A DNA stretch of 62,331 nt, the filler included. It is 5 parts of 5 records of this genome, joined end to end, with 100 filler letters (N's around TTAATTAATTAA, not from the genome) between each part and the next. Parts side by side here need not be neighbours in the genome. Positions count along the whole stretch, not along the records: positions 1 to 16,206 come from SRR20825010_6187; 4 more parts are not named here. One strand, written 5' to 3'. The notes beneath the pieces are model-generated. The model searched no databases and was not told the DNA's origin. It worked only from the letters and a program-made list of their open reading frames with translations. The stretch's first letter is position 1, and every line of letters begins with the position of its first letter. Shown in pieces: positions 1 to 9,551 of the stretch. Both the position numbers and the translations under genes were made by a program.

Positions 1-1
1 A

Positions 2-316
2 AACGGAATTCTAATTGTTGAATTTGCCAATCAATTAAGAGAAGAAGGGATTCCAAAAGGCGAGGCTATTATCCAAGCTGCAGAATCGAGACTACGCCCT
101 ATTTTAATGACGAGTCTTACAATTGCCTTAGGTGCATTGCCTATTGCTTTATCGCTTGGAGCTGCTTCTACTAGTAGAATTGGAATGGGAGTTGTTATTA
201 TTGGAGGAACTATGTTTTCCTTAGTTCTAACATTATTTATTATTCCTGCTATTTATTCCATGTGGTCCAGAAATAAAAAACATAGACCTGAATTTGATGC
301 GCTAGAAAACCTATAA
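2..316 (+). CDS. RND efflux permease (AcrB/AcrD/AcrF family), C-terminal fragment, 5' truncated by window edge
   Basis: Frame open from base 2: NGILIVEFANQ...RLRPILMTSLTIALGALPIAL, the conserved C-terminal RND motifs; followed by a TolC gene. Confidence 0.9.
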   Translation, partial: NGILIVEFANQLREEGIPKGEAIIQAAESRLRPILMTSLTIALGALPIALSLGAASTSRIGMGVVIIGGTMFSLVLTLFIIPAIYSMWSRNKKHRPEFDALENL

Positions 317-318
317 AA

Positions 319-1623
319 ATGAACAAACAATTTTCCATATTATTACTTTTAGTTTTTATTGTATGCTACGGAAGGGCACAAGAAACTCTTTCCGCAGAAA
401 ATGCTATACAAATTGCGCTAGAAAACAATTACGAAATTAGACTTGCAAAAAACGATTTAGAAATTGATGAAATTAGTACTTCTCTAGGTTTTGCTGGAAT
501 GTTGCCTCAAATATATGGTACCCTAAACGACAATAATAGCATTCAGAATTTATCGCAAGTACGTTCAGACGGAACTGAAAACTCATTAGAAGATGCAAAA
601 AATAATAGCTTAAGCTATGGAGTTGCTATGGATTGGACTCTTTTTGATGGTTTTAAAATGTTTGCAAAGTATGACCAACTCAAAGAAAATAAAAAGCTTG
701 GAGATGTTGAATTACAAAAATCAATCCTCACCAATGTTAGTAATGTTTTAATAACGTATTACGATCTTGTTCAGCAACAGCAACAGCTTTCTGCTTTGGA
801 TAGCACGCTAGTGATCTCTCAGCAACGTGTGGATCTTGCTCAAAATAGATTTACCATTGGAAAAGCTTCTAAACTAGAAGTTTTAAATGCAAAAGTAGAT
901 TTAAATACAGACCAAACATTAATGCTCCGTCAAAAAGAGCTTTATGCAAATACAAAAGTAGAACTAAATCAACTTCTAGCTCGTGATGAAAAAACCGCAT
1001 TTAAAGTAGTTGATGAAATTCTTGTTGATAATAGTTTGTTTCTCCCTAATCTTGAAACCACAGCAAAAGAAAACAATCCAGAGTTGATGGCTCAGGTTAT
1101 AAATAAACGAATTGCAGAGCTCGATTTAAAGCAGACTCGTGCATTAAGGTACCCTACCCTAGTTGCAACTACTGGATATAATTTTAGCGATTCTGAATCT
1201 AGTTTAGGATTTACAACGAGTTCTTCTGCTCATGGATTAAATTATGGTTTTAGAGTGAATGTAAATGTATTTGATGGTTTCAATCAAAACAGAAGTGAAA
1301 AAATAGCTAAACTGAAAATAGATAACAGCAAACTTCTTATTGAACAACAAGAAAAAGCTTTATTATCTCAACTAAGCATAGCTTACCAAACCTATCAAAC
1401 TAATTTAGACCTTATAGAATTAGAGCAAAATAATGAAGCCATTGCAAAAGAAAACTTAGAAATAACAATGCAGAAATATCGTATTGGAGCTATTCCTACT
1501 ATAGAATTTAGAACAGCTCAGCTTAATTATATAAATGCACAATTACGATTTAGCAATGCTAATTTTCAAGCTAAACTATCAGAAATAGCTTTAAAAGCCC
1601 TATCTGGAAGTTTACCTTTATAA
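319..1623 (+). CDS. TolC-family outer membrane efflux protein
   Basis: Signal peptide, 'AIQIALENN' start, two OEP-like repeats, C-terminal 'YRIGAIPTIEFRTAQ'; directly after RND gene. Confidence 0.9.
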   Translation: MNKQFSILLLLVFIVCYGRAQETLSAENAIQIALENNYEIRLAKNDLEIDEISTSLGFAGMLPQIYGTLNDNNSIQNLSQVRSDGTENSLEDAKNNSLSYGVAMDWTLFDGFKMFAKYDQLKENKKLGDVELQKSILTNVSNVLITYYDLVQQQQQLSALDSTLVISQQRVDLAQNRFTIGKASKLEVLNAKVDLNTDQTLMLRQKELYANTKVELNQLLARDEKTAFKVVDEILVDNSLFLPNLETTAKENNPELMAQVINKRIAELDLKQTRALRYPTLVATTGYNFSDSESSLGFTTSSSAHGLNYGFRVNVNVFDGFNQNRSEKIAKLKIDNSKLLIEQQEKALLSQLSIAYQTYQTNLDLIELEQNNEAIAKENLEITMQKYRIGAIPTIEFRTAQLNYINAQLRFSNANFQAKLSEIALKALSGSLPL

Positions 1624-1714
1624 TTATTACAAACATAGTATCGTTAATAACTTGGGCGTAAAATAAATCTTACAACACTACTAAAAACATAAGTATTTTT
1701 AAAAAAGACTTTCG

Positions 1715-1722
1715 TAAGTTTG
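1715..1722 (+). promoter_or_regulatory. Bacteroidetes-type -7 promoter element
   Basis: TAAGTTTG matches TAnnTTTG, 26 nt before the ATG at 1749. Confidence 0.5.
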
Positions 1723-1748
1723 GTATAATTCAACTTAAAAAGTAAAAA

Positions 1749-2852
1749 ATGAAGGTATTTCGTTTCCTTTCCATTCTTTATATTGGAATTTTAACTACAC
1801 AATGTAAAGAAAATAAAACAGCAACTTCTGAAGTTCTTGAATCTAAAGAAACCGCTACTATTGCTATTGAAAAACCTAAGGATATTAAAACTCCAGAAGG
1901 CATGGTTTGGATTCCTGGAGGTAGTTATACCCAAGGTGCAAGAAGTGATGATAAGTTTGCTTTAAATCATGAAAAACCTGCGCATCCTGTGGAAGTAGAT
2001 GGCTTTTTTATGGATGTTACCGAAGTTACAAATGATGAATATGCAAAGTTTGTAGCCGCTACCGGATACAAAACTGTAGCGGAAAGGGCAATTGAATGGG
2101 AAGAGATAAAAAAACAAGTTCCTCCTGGAACTCCTAAGCCTCACGATTCTATTCTCCAACCGGGTTCACTTATCTTCAAAAAAACAAAAACAAGTGTGCC
2201 TAATTTATACGATTTTTCTCAATGGTGGGAATGGAAAATAGGTGCCGATTGGAAGCATCCTAAAGGCCCTGATAGTTCTATTGAAGGAAAAGGAGATTAC
2301 CCTGTAGTACATATAGCTTATGAAGATGCAATAGCCTATTGTGAATGGGCAGGAAGAAGACTTCCTACAGAATCGGAATGGGAATTAGCCGCTCATGGAG
2401 GGGTTAATAACTCAATGTATGCTTGGGGAGAAGATAAATCAAAATTAACCGCTCAAGCAAATACATGGAATGGAGAATTTCCTACAACTAACAGCAAAGC
2501 TGACGGTTATGAAAACAAAGCACCCGTAAAATCTTTTCCTCCAAACGCATATGGACTTTATGAAATGTCTGGAAATGTTTGGGAATGGACACAAGATTGG
2601 TTTAATGTAAACTATTACGGAGAAATGTTAGAACAAGGTCTTGTTGTAAATCCTCAAGGAGCAACTAAAGCCTACAACCCAAACAATCGTTATGTTCAGG
2701 AAAAAGTAATTAAAGGAGGATCTTTTTTATGTAGCGATACGTACTGTTCTAGTTACCGCATTTCTGCAAGAATGGCTACAGCCCTAGATTCTGGACAGGA
2801 GCACCTTGGTTTTAGAACTGTTGCTACTCCAGAAATGTTAAAAACAAAATAA
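1749..2852 (+). CDS. Formylglycine-generating enzyme (FGE/SUMF1) family lipoprotein
   Basis: RLPTESEWE, NAYGLYEMSGNVWEW, KGGSFLCSDTYCSSYR (Cys pair); lipobox-like LTTQC. Confidence 0.9.
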   Translation: MKVFRFLSILYIGILTTQCKENKTATSEVLESKETATIAIEKPKDIKTPEGMVWIPGGSYTQGARSDDKFALNHEKPAHPVEVDGFFMDVTEVTNDEYAKFVAATGYKTVAERAIEWEEIKKQVPPGTPKPHDSILQPGSLIFKKTKTSVPNLYDFSQWWEWKIGADWKHPKGPDSSIEGKGDYPVVHIAYEDAIAYCEWAGRRLPTESEWELAAHGGVNNSMYAWGEDKSKLTAQANTWNGEFPTTNSKADGYENKAPVKSFPPNAYGLYEMSGNVWEWTQDWFNVNYYGEMLEQGLVVNPQGATKAYNPNNRYVQEKVIKGGSFLCSDTYCSSYRISARMATALDSGQEHLGFRTVATPEMLKTK

Positions 2853-2856
2853 GAAA

Positions 2857-3336
2857 TTATTCTATTTCTTTAATTTTAATAATGGGCTTATGCTCAATAA
2901 TGAAATTACAAGAATTAGCTATAAAACAATATTCATTTGCTTTATGATGTAGTTTTATAGCTTTTTCTTTTATAGAAATGTCGGAAACTGTAACAATAGG
3001 ATTCAGAATTACCTTGGTAAATTTTCCACTACCATTTTTTTCTTCTTCCATAACTCCATAAGCAGTATCAGTATAATTCAACACTTCAATCCCAGAAGTG
3101 GCACAAAAATGTAAATACCAAAGCATATGGCAACTAGCTATAGACGATAGAAACAAATCTTCAGGATTATGCCGTTCCATATCTCCCCTAAAAGCAACAT
3201 CCGAAGAGGCTAAAATAGTAGGTTTCCCTTCAATGGATACTATATGATTTCGGGAATAAGATTTATAATCTTTTGTACTCCCTCCCTGCGCTACAGGCCA
3301 CAATATTGATGCTTTGTATTCGTGCTTCTTATTCAT
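2857..3336 (-). CDS. OsmC/Ohr family protein
   Basis: NPEDLFLSSIASCHML and second Cys in YCFIANS. Confidence 0.88.
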   Translation of the reverse strand: MNKKHEYKASILWPVAQGGSTKDYKSYSRNHIVSIEGKPTILASSDVAFRGDMERHNPEDLFLSSIASCHMLWYLHFCATSGIEVLNYTDTAYGVMEEEKNGSGKFTKVILNPIVTVSDISIKEKAIKLHHKANEYCFIANSCNFIIEHKPIIKIKEIE

Positions 3337-3446
3337 TATAAAAAATTAAAGCCATAAAATTAGCTAACCTTTTTATATAACACAACCAAGAAGTAAACTA
3401 TCTCAGAGAAGCCACTAGGTATTCTCTCGAAAAACTTTTAACTCAT

Positions 3447-3516
3447 TTTAACGCAGAGCTCTTGGACAAGCTCAAAACAAACTTCGGAGAATTAAACCCT
3501 CTGTGAAGGATTTAAA
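3447..3516 (+). repeat. Degenerate intergenic repeat (REP/MITE-like), similar to the start of contig 5
   Basis: CTTCGGAGAATTAAACCCTCTGTGAAGGATTTAAA (3482-3516) aligns with CTCTGGGGAATTAGACCCTCTATGAGGATTAAA (57233-57265); CTTGGACAAGCTCA (3461-3474) resembles the arm at 7934-7948. Confidence 0.55.
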
Positions 3517-3632
3517 TAAATCACTATTTGATTAAACTATCGTTATATAACTAAATAAAATTACGCTAATCATCTAGAAATACTTAATTTTATACTTTCT
3601 AACGTCTTTTTGAAATTCATAAATATTTTTAA

Positions 3633-4097
3633 GTGAAAATAGGAATAACAGCCGACCATGCAGGATTTGAGAAAAAAGAAGAATTAAAACAACTTTTAAA
3701 GGACAATAAGTATTCTTTTGAAGATTTCGGCGCTTTTTCTTACGATGCTACTGATGATTATTCTGATATTATTATTCCTTTAGCCAAAGCTATTTCAGAA
3801 GGAAAAATAGAAAGAGGAATTGCCATCTGTGGAAGCGGGGTTGGGGTTTCTATTGCTGCTAATAAATTTTCGGGGGTTCGTGCTACGTTAATTACCGAAA
3901 ATTATTCTGCTCATCAAGGTGTTGAGCATGACAACATGAATCTTATGTGCCTTGGAGGACGTGTAATTGGTTCTGCTTTAATTTGGGAGCTCACAGAAAC
4001 TTTTTTAAATGCCACCTTCCATGAAGAAGAACGCTTTAAAAGAAGATTAAATAAGGTTTTAGAAATTGAAAAAAATAACTTTAAAGAAATAAATTAA
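3633..4097 (+). CDS. rpiB: Ribose-5-phosphate isomerase B
   Basis: ADHAGF, ICGSGVGVSIAANK, HDNMNLMCLGGR motifs; GTG start. Confidence 0.9.
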   Translation: MKIGITADHAGFEKKEELKQLLKDNKYSFEDFGAFSYDATDDYSDIIIPLAKAISEGKIERGIAICGSGVGVSIAANKFSGVRATLITENYSAHQGVEHDNMNLMCLGGRVIGSALIWELTETFLNATFHEEERFKRRLNKVLEIEKNNFKEIN

Positions 4098-4109
4098 CAA
4101 TAGTAGGTT

Positions 4110-5522
4110 ATGGAAAATTTTGATTTTGGTATGGTTGGTCTTGGTGTTATGGGAAGAAATCTTTTGCTAAATATGGCAGATCATGGTTTCTCTGTTGCAG
4201 GTTTAGACCTAGATGCCGAAAAAGCAGCTTCCCTTGAAAATGAAGCCGACGAAAAACATACAATTAAAGGAACTACAGATACTAAAGAGTTTATTCAACT
4301 TATAAAAAAACCAAGAGCTATTATGCTTTTGGTTCCAGCAGGAAAACCTGTAGACAGCGTTATTAATTCAATTTTACCACATTTAGAAGAAGGTGATATT
4401 GTTGTTGACGGAGGGAATTCTTACTTTGAAGATACCAATAGACGTGTTAAAGAATTAAATGCAAAAGGTATTAATTACTTCGGAATGGGGATTTCTGGAG
4501 GTGAAAAAGGAGCTCGTTTTGGCCCTAGTATGATGCCTGGTGGAAATGAAAATGCATACGAAAGATTACGCCCTATTTTTGAGGCAGTAGCTGCAAAAGT
4601 AGATGGAGAGCCTTGTGTTACTTACCTCGGAAGTGGCTCGGCAGGAAACTATGTTAAAATGGTTCATAACGGTATTGAGTACGCTATTATGCAGCTTATC
4701 GCCGAAACTTATGATGTTTTAAAACGTGGATATAATTTTGAAGATAACGAGCTTCAACAGGTGTTTGAAACTTGGAATCAAGGAGCGCTACAATCGTACC
4801 TCATAGAAATTACAGCTGCAATTCTTAAAAAAGAAGACACTATTACTGGAAAACGTTTAGTTAGTCTTATTTCTGATACTGCAAAATCTAAAGGAACTGG
4901 AAAATGGACCTCACAAAATGCAATGGATATTCAAGCTCCAGTGCCATCTATAGATTTGGCTGTAACTATGCGAGATATATCTAAATATAAAGAAGAGCGT
5001 GTTAAAGCAGCTACTATGTATCCATGGAATGGAGACGCAAAAGATGTTAGCAATCAAAATCTAGTAGCGCTATTTAAAGATGCTTTCCATTTTGCTATGG
5101 TAACCATTTATGCACAAGGAATGGCACAATTAACTATTGCTTCCAAAGAGTTTAATTATGGCTTAAATTTAGAAGAAGTTGCTAAAATTTGGCGTGGTGG
5201 ATGTATTATACGTGCTGTCGTTTTAGAAGATTTTAGAAAAGCATATAAAGCAGATAAAAACTTACCAAACTTATTGCTCGACAGTAGTCTTGCTTCTACT
5301 TTAAATACACAGCAAAAAGCAATAAGAGAAGTAGTAAAAATTGGAATCGACAAAGGAATTCCTATGTCTGTTTACAATACAACCCTTGCTTATTTTGATG
5401 CGTATAGAAGTGAAGTATTACCTACCAACCTTATACAGGCGCAAAGAGATTATTTTGGTGCACACACCTACGAACGAATAGATCAAGAAGGAATTTTCCA
5501 CACAGAATGGGATGAAAAATAG
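4110..5522 (+). CDS. gnd: NADP-dependent 6-phosphogluconate dehydrogenase (decarboxylating)
   Basis: GLGVMG, VKMVHNGIEY, KGTGKWT, QAQRDYFGAHTY. Confidence 0.97.
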   Translation: MENFDFGMVGLGVMGRNLLLNMADHGFSVAGLDLDAEKAASLENEADEKHTIKGTTDTKEFIQLIKKPRAIMLLVPAGKPVDSVINSILPHLEEGDIVVDGGNSYFEDTNRRVKELNAKGINYFGMGISGGEKGARFGPSMMPGGNENAYERLRPIFEAVAAKVDGEPCVTYLGSGSAGNYVKMVHNGIEYAIMQLIAETYDVLKRGYNFEDNELQQVFETWNQGALQSYLIEITAAILKKEDTITGKRLVSLISDTAKSKGTGKWTSQNAMDIQAPVPSIDLAVTMRDISKYKEERVKAATMYPWNGDAKDVSNQNLVALFKDAFHFAMVTIYAQGMAQLTIASKEFNYGLNLEEVAKIWRGGCIIRAVVLEDFRKAYKADKNLPNLLLDSSLASTLNTQQKAIREVVKIGIDKGIPMSVYNTTLAYFDAYRSEVLPTNLIQAQRDYFGAHTYERIDQEGIFHTEWDEK

Positions 5523-5544
5523 CATTCTGTAAATTAATAAAAAT

Positions 5545-7059
5545 ATGAAAACGAATAAAAAGGTAACCCCTACAGTTATTGTAATATTTGGTGGTACTGG
5601 CGATCTTGCTAAAAGAAAACTTATTCCCGCATTTTACAATCTTTTTATAGAAAATTGGATGCCTGAAAATTTTGCGATTTACGGGTTAGGAAGAACAGAA
5701 TTAAGCAACGATGAGTATAGAGATAATCTACATGAAGGACTCGCTGAATTTTCGAGAAGCGGTGCTCCAGAAGATAAACAATGGAATACATTTAAAGAAT
5801 CGCTTCATTATTTCACTTCCAATATTAACGATGCTCAATCTTATACAGATTTACTTAAAGAAATCGAAGCATATGATGATACTTGGGGAGTAAGAGCTAA
5901 CCGATTATTTTACTTGTCTGTTTCGCCTAGATTTATAGAAACTGCAACTCAAAATATTAGTGGTTCTGGTCTAGCCTGCGATAAAACAAAAGATAGAATT
6001 ATTGTTGAAAAACCTTTTGGATACGATAAAGCATCGGCTGTAGAACTTAATCAAATGCTTACTAAAACATTTGATGAAGAACAGATTTTTAGAATTGACC
6101 ATTACCTTGGTAAAGAAACTGTACAAAATATTCTTGCTTTCCGTTTTGCTAATACCTTATTCGAACCGCTTTGGAACAGAAACTATATCGATTCTGTACA
6201 AATTACAGTAGCCGAAGAAGTTGGTGTGGAAGATCGAGGCGGATATTATGAAGGTGCTGGAGCCTTGCGAGATATGATTCAAAATCATTTATTGCAAATA
6301 CTTTGTATGGTGGCTATGGAGCCGCCTGCTTCTTTTGATGCAGAGGAAATCCGTAGTAGAAAGTACGATGCCTTAAAAACTATCCGAAGAATAAAACCCG
6401 AAGAAGTACATCATTACGCAGTTCGTGGACAATATGGAGAGGGTTGGATAAAAGGCGAGAAAGCTCCAGGATATAGAAACGAAAATGGGGTAGACAAAAA
6501 CTCCAATACCGAGACGTATGCTGCTATAAAGTTTTACCTAGATAACTGGAGATGGCAAAATGTTCCTTTCTACCTAAGAACAGGAAAACGCATGCAAGAA
6601 AAAACATCTTCTATTACCATTCAGTTTAAACCTGTTCCTCATGCGTCCTTTCCGGCAACGCAAGTAGATAGCATTAAACCTAATAGACTTACCATTAATA
6701 TCCAACCACAAATGGATATTAGATTACGTTTTATGACTAAAAGAACTGGTTTAGAAATGAATTTGAATCCTTCGGAAATGATTTTTGACTACGACACAGG
6801 GTCAAATCAAACTCCAGAAGCCTACGAAACTTTACTCCTAGATGCTATGGTTGGAGATACCACTCTTTTTATGAGATCTGATCAAATTGAAGAAGCTTGG
6901 GATGTTATCTCTACTATTCAGGAAGCTTGGAAAAATAGAGATTCTCTAGATTTCCCTGATTATCCTGCAGGAAGCTGGGGACCAGAAACAGCCGAAGCAT
7001 TAATTGCTCGAAATGGACATGTTTGGGCAGTAAATAAACATTCAAACGACAAAAAATAA
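5545..7059 (+). CDS. zwf: Glucose-6-phosphate 1-dehydrogenase
   Basis: [31 protein letters not shown]. Confidence 0.97.
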   Translation: MKTNKKVTPTVIVIFGGTGDLAKRKLIPAFYNLFIENWMPENFAIYGLGRTELSNDEYRDNLHEGLAEFSRSGAPEDKQWNTFKESLHYFTSNINDAQSYTDLLKEIEAYDDTWGVRANRLFYLSVSPRFIETATQNISGSGLACDKTKDRIIVEKPFGYDKASAVELNQMLTKTFDEEQIFRIDHYLGKETVQNILAFRFANTLFEPLWNRNYIDSVQITVAEEVGVEDRGGYYEGAGALRDMIQNHLLQILCMVAMEPPASFDAEEIRSRKYDALKTIRRIKPEEVHHYAVRGQYGEGWIKGEKAPGYRNENGVDKNSNTETYAAIKFYLDNWRWQNVPFYLRTGKRMQEKTSSITIQFKPVPHASFPATQVDSIKPNRLTINIQPQMDIRLRFMTKRTGLEMNLNPSEMIFDYDTGSNQTPEAYETLLLDAMVGDTTLFMRSDQIEEAWDVISTIQEAWKNRDSLDFPDYPAGSWGPETAEALIARNGHVWAVNKHSNDKK

Positions 7060-7784
7060 TGATTCAAGTTTTTGAAAATACAGATAATTTAAATACCCAA
7101 TTAGCCGATTTATTTGTTGAAAAAGCTACAAACGCTATTAAAACAAAAGGTAAATTTACAGTTGCATTAACTGGAGGTTCTTCTCCTGCTGAACTTCATC
7201 GTTTACTTGCCTCTGATGCTTATAAAAACAAAATAAATTGGAATAAAGTATTTGTTTTTTGGGGCGATGAGCGCTGGGTTCCTTTAAATGATGAAAAAAG
7301 TAATGCTGGAGCGGCTATAAAAGATTTTTTAAACCATATTCCTATTCCTAAAGAAAACATCTTTCCTATGTGGAAAGAAGGCATTGAACCTCAAGTCTAT
7401 GCTAAGGAATACGAAGCTATTTTAGAAGATCATTTAGAATTAGGAGATATTTTTGACCTTATTATACTTGGAATGGGAGACGACGGACATACAGCCTCTT
7501 TATTCCCTAATCAAGAAATTATTTTAAAAGAAAAAGAAAAGAAGGTTGCTGCTTATTTCTTAGCTCCTCAAGACATGTACCGAATTACACTTACAGCACC
7601 ATTAATTAATAAAGCAAAACAAATTGTTTTTATTGTTTTTGGAGAGAAAAAATCTAATGCTCTTTATGAAGTTCTTCAAGGAGAACGAAATAGCAACTTA
7701 TACCCTTCTCAGCTTATAAATGAAGACGACGGCAACGTAACTTGGATGGTAGATAAAGCAGCTGCGAGTAAGCTAAGCTTATAA
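7059..7784 (+). CDS. pgl: 6-phosphogluconolactonase
   Basis: ALTGGSSP, WGDERWVP, LGMGDDGHTASLFP; start overlaps zwf stop. Confidence 0.95.
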   Translation: MIQVFENTDNLNTQLADLFVEKATNAIKTKGKFTVALTGGSSPAELHRLLASDAYKNKINWNKVFVFWGDERWVPLNDEKSNAGAAIKDFLNHIPIPKENIFPMWKEGIEPQVYAKEYEAILEDHLELGDIFDLIILGMGDDGHTASLFPNQEIILKEKEKKVAAYFLAPQDMYRITLTAPLINKAKQIVFIVFGEKKSNALYEVLQGERNSNLYPSQLINEDDGNVTWMVDKAAASKLSL

Positions 7785-7802
7785 AAAATTACACTATTAT
7801 AG

Positions 7803-7991
7803 AAAACGTGGTTGTTTAAAAAAGCAATATGTAGTTATCAAACTAGGCTTTTCGCATAGTTTTCTATCTGATTTCTATGACAAATCTAACTGAGCTTGTC
7901 GAAGTTTCAAACAATGAACACTCAAAAATAATCCTTCGACAAGCTCAGAATGACATTTAGAGTTTAATTACTTTTTATACAACCACGTTTT
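7803..7991. mobile_element. Non-autonomous MITE-like element with terminal inverted repeats and an internal REP-like palindrome
   Basis: Left AAAACGTGGTTGTTTAAAAAAG; right end reverse-complements to AAAACGTGGTTGTATAAAAAG (13 bp perfect); internal perfect 15-bp IR CTGAGCTTGTCGAAG (7890-7904) / CTTCGACAAGCTCAG (7934-7948); no ORF. Confidence 0.6.
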
Positions 7992-8010
7992 ATTTTTATT
8001 TCTGATAGAA

Positions 8011-9510
8011 TTACTTCATTTCAATTTTAATTACAAATGCTCTATCATCAACTTTTTTATTAGGAGTTATAATGTGTAAACCGCTATCGTCCCAATTATA
8101 ATCAATTTTGCTATCCGTTCCTAAAATACTTAGGCTTTGAATTTTTAGATTCCCTAATTCCTCTTTAGTAAAACTAGTCAAATCCACTTTTGCACTCTCT
8201 CCAGGCCATCCTAAAACAATAGCATACACCGTATTCCCTTTTTTAGTATAACGAATATCCTTAGCTGTATAGGTAAGTTTATCTAAAAACATCCCCGACT
8301 TCTCTTGCTTCGTAGGACCTTCTCCAAAAATCTCCCAAGTTCTAGTACCATAAATAGCCTCTCCATTTACTGCCAACCACGCTCCTATTTGTAATAAAAC
8401 TTCTTGTTGATCTGCTGGAATCTCGCCATCTGGTTTTGGAGAAACATTTAGCATCAAAGCACCATTTTTACTAACAATATCTGCTAATAAATCTATTATT
8501 TCGTTAGCCGATTTTAATCCTAAAGTATTTGTATAGCTCCAACTTCCTACAGAAACAGTTTCATCTGTTAACCAGAATTCTTCGGTCTTTTTATTCATTC
8601 TTCCCTTTTCAAAATCTTCAATACTAACAGATTTTGGAAGCTCTCCTTCTTTATGTGTAATTACAACTTGTTTGTTTTCTTTTACTGAATTATTAAAATA
8701 ATAGGCTGTAAATTCTTTTTTATAAGTATCAGGAATTTTAGTCAGTTTACTATCAAAATAAATTAAATCTGGACTGTAACTATCTATCACTTCTTTAAGT
8801 TCTCCAAACCAGTTTTGATAGAATTTTTCAGGAGAAATATTTCCATACATAATGCTTATTTCTGAATCTTCAGAAGAAGTTGGCATTTCTGGATTGTAGG
8901 GGAAATATGAGGTGTCGTCTAACCATTTTGTAGAATCTTTCTGAAAAAGCTGAAGATTTCTAGCTTTATGAAAAGAAGTTACAAATTTCATATTTTGAGC
9001 TTTTATAGCCTTTGCTAGCTGACCAACAATATCTTTGTGAGGCCCCTTTTCAAAGGAATTCCATGGATTAATGCTACTCTTCCAATTTGACCAACCATCG
9101 TGATGCTCTGCTACAATTCCTCCAAATTTAGCACCAGCTTTTTTAAAGAGAGAAGCCCATTGTTCTGCATTAAATTTTTCAGCTTTAAACATAGGTACAA
9201 AATCGTGGTATCCAAATTCCTTAGGCTCTCCATACGTTTTTACATGGTACTTATATTCATTTGAACCCACAATATGCATATTCCTAGGATACCAATCATT
9301 TGCATAAGAAGGAACCGAAAGAACTCCCCAATGGGCATAAATTCCGAATTTTGCATCTTTAAACCACTCTGCAGTTTCCTCATATTTGGCTAAAGAATCC
9401 CAATTAGCTTCATAAACTGGTTCTTCTTTTAATGTGGCCGACTTCTTTTCCGAATTACAAGACATTAAAAATACTGACACTATAAATAATGTAAATCCTA
9501 TTTTCTTCAT
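8011..9510 (-). CDS. Alpha-L-fucosidase (GH29), lipoprotein
   Basis: WFKDAKFGIYAHWG, AEHHDG, PDLIYFD, DIVSKNGALMLN; lipobox LMSC. Confidence 0.92.
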   Translation of the reverse strand: MKKIGFTLFIVSVFLMSCNSEKKSATLKEEPVYEANWDSLAKYEETAEWFKDAKFGIYAHWGVLSVPSYANDWYPRNMHIVGSNEYKYHVKTYGEPKEFGYHDFVPMFKAEKFNAEQWASLFKKAGAKFGGIVAEHHDGWSNWKSSINPWNSFEKGPHKDIVGQLAKAIKAQNMKFVTSFHKARNLQLFQKDSTKWLDDTSYFPYNPEMPTSSEDSEISIMYGNISPEKFYQNWFGELKEVIDSYSPDLIYFDSKLTKIPDTYKKEFTAYYFNNSVKENKQVVITHKEGELPKSVSIEDFEKGRMNKKTEEFWLTDETVSVGSWSYTNTLGLKSANEIIDLLADIVSKNGALMLNVSPKPDGEIPADQQEVLLQIGAWLAVNGEAIYGTRTWEIFGEGPTKQEKSGMFLDKLTYTAKDIRYTKKGNTVYAIVLGWPGESAKVDLTSFTKEELGNLKIQSLSILGTDSKIDYNWDDSGLHIITPNKKVDDRAFVIKIEMK

Positions 9511-9551
9511 TTATATATTTTAAATTATTGTATCTCACAACTTGTATGCTC

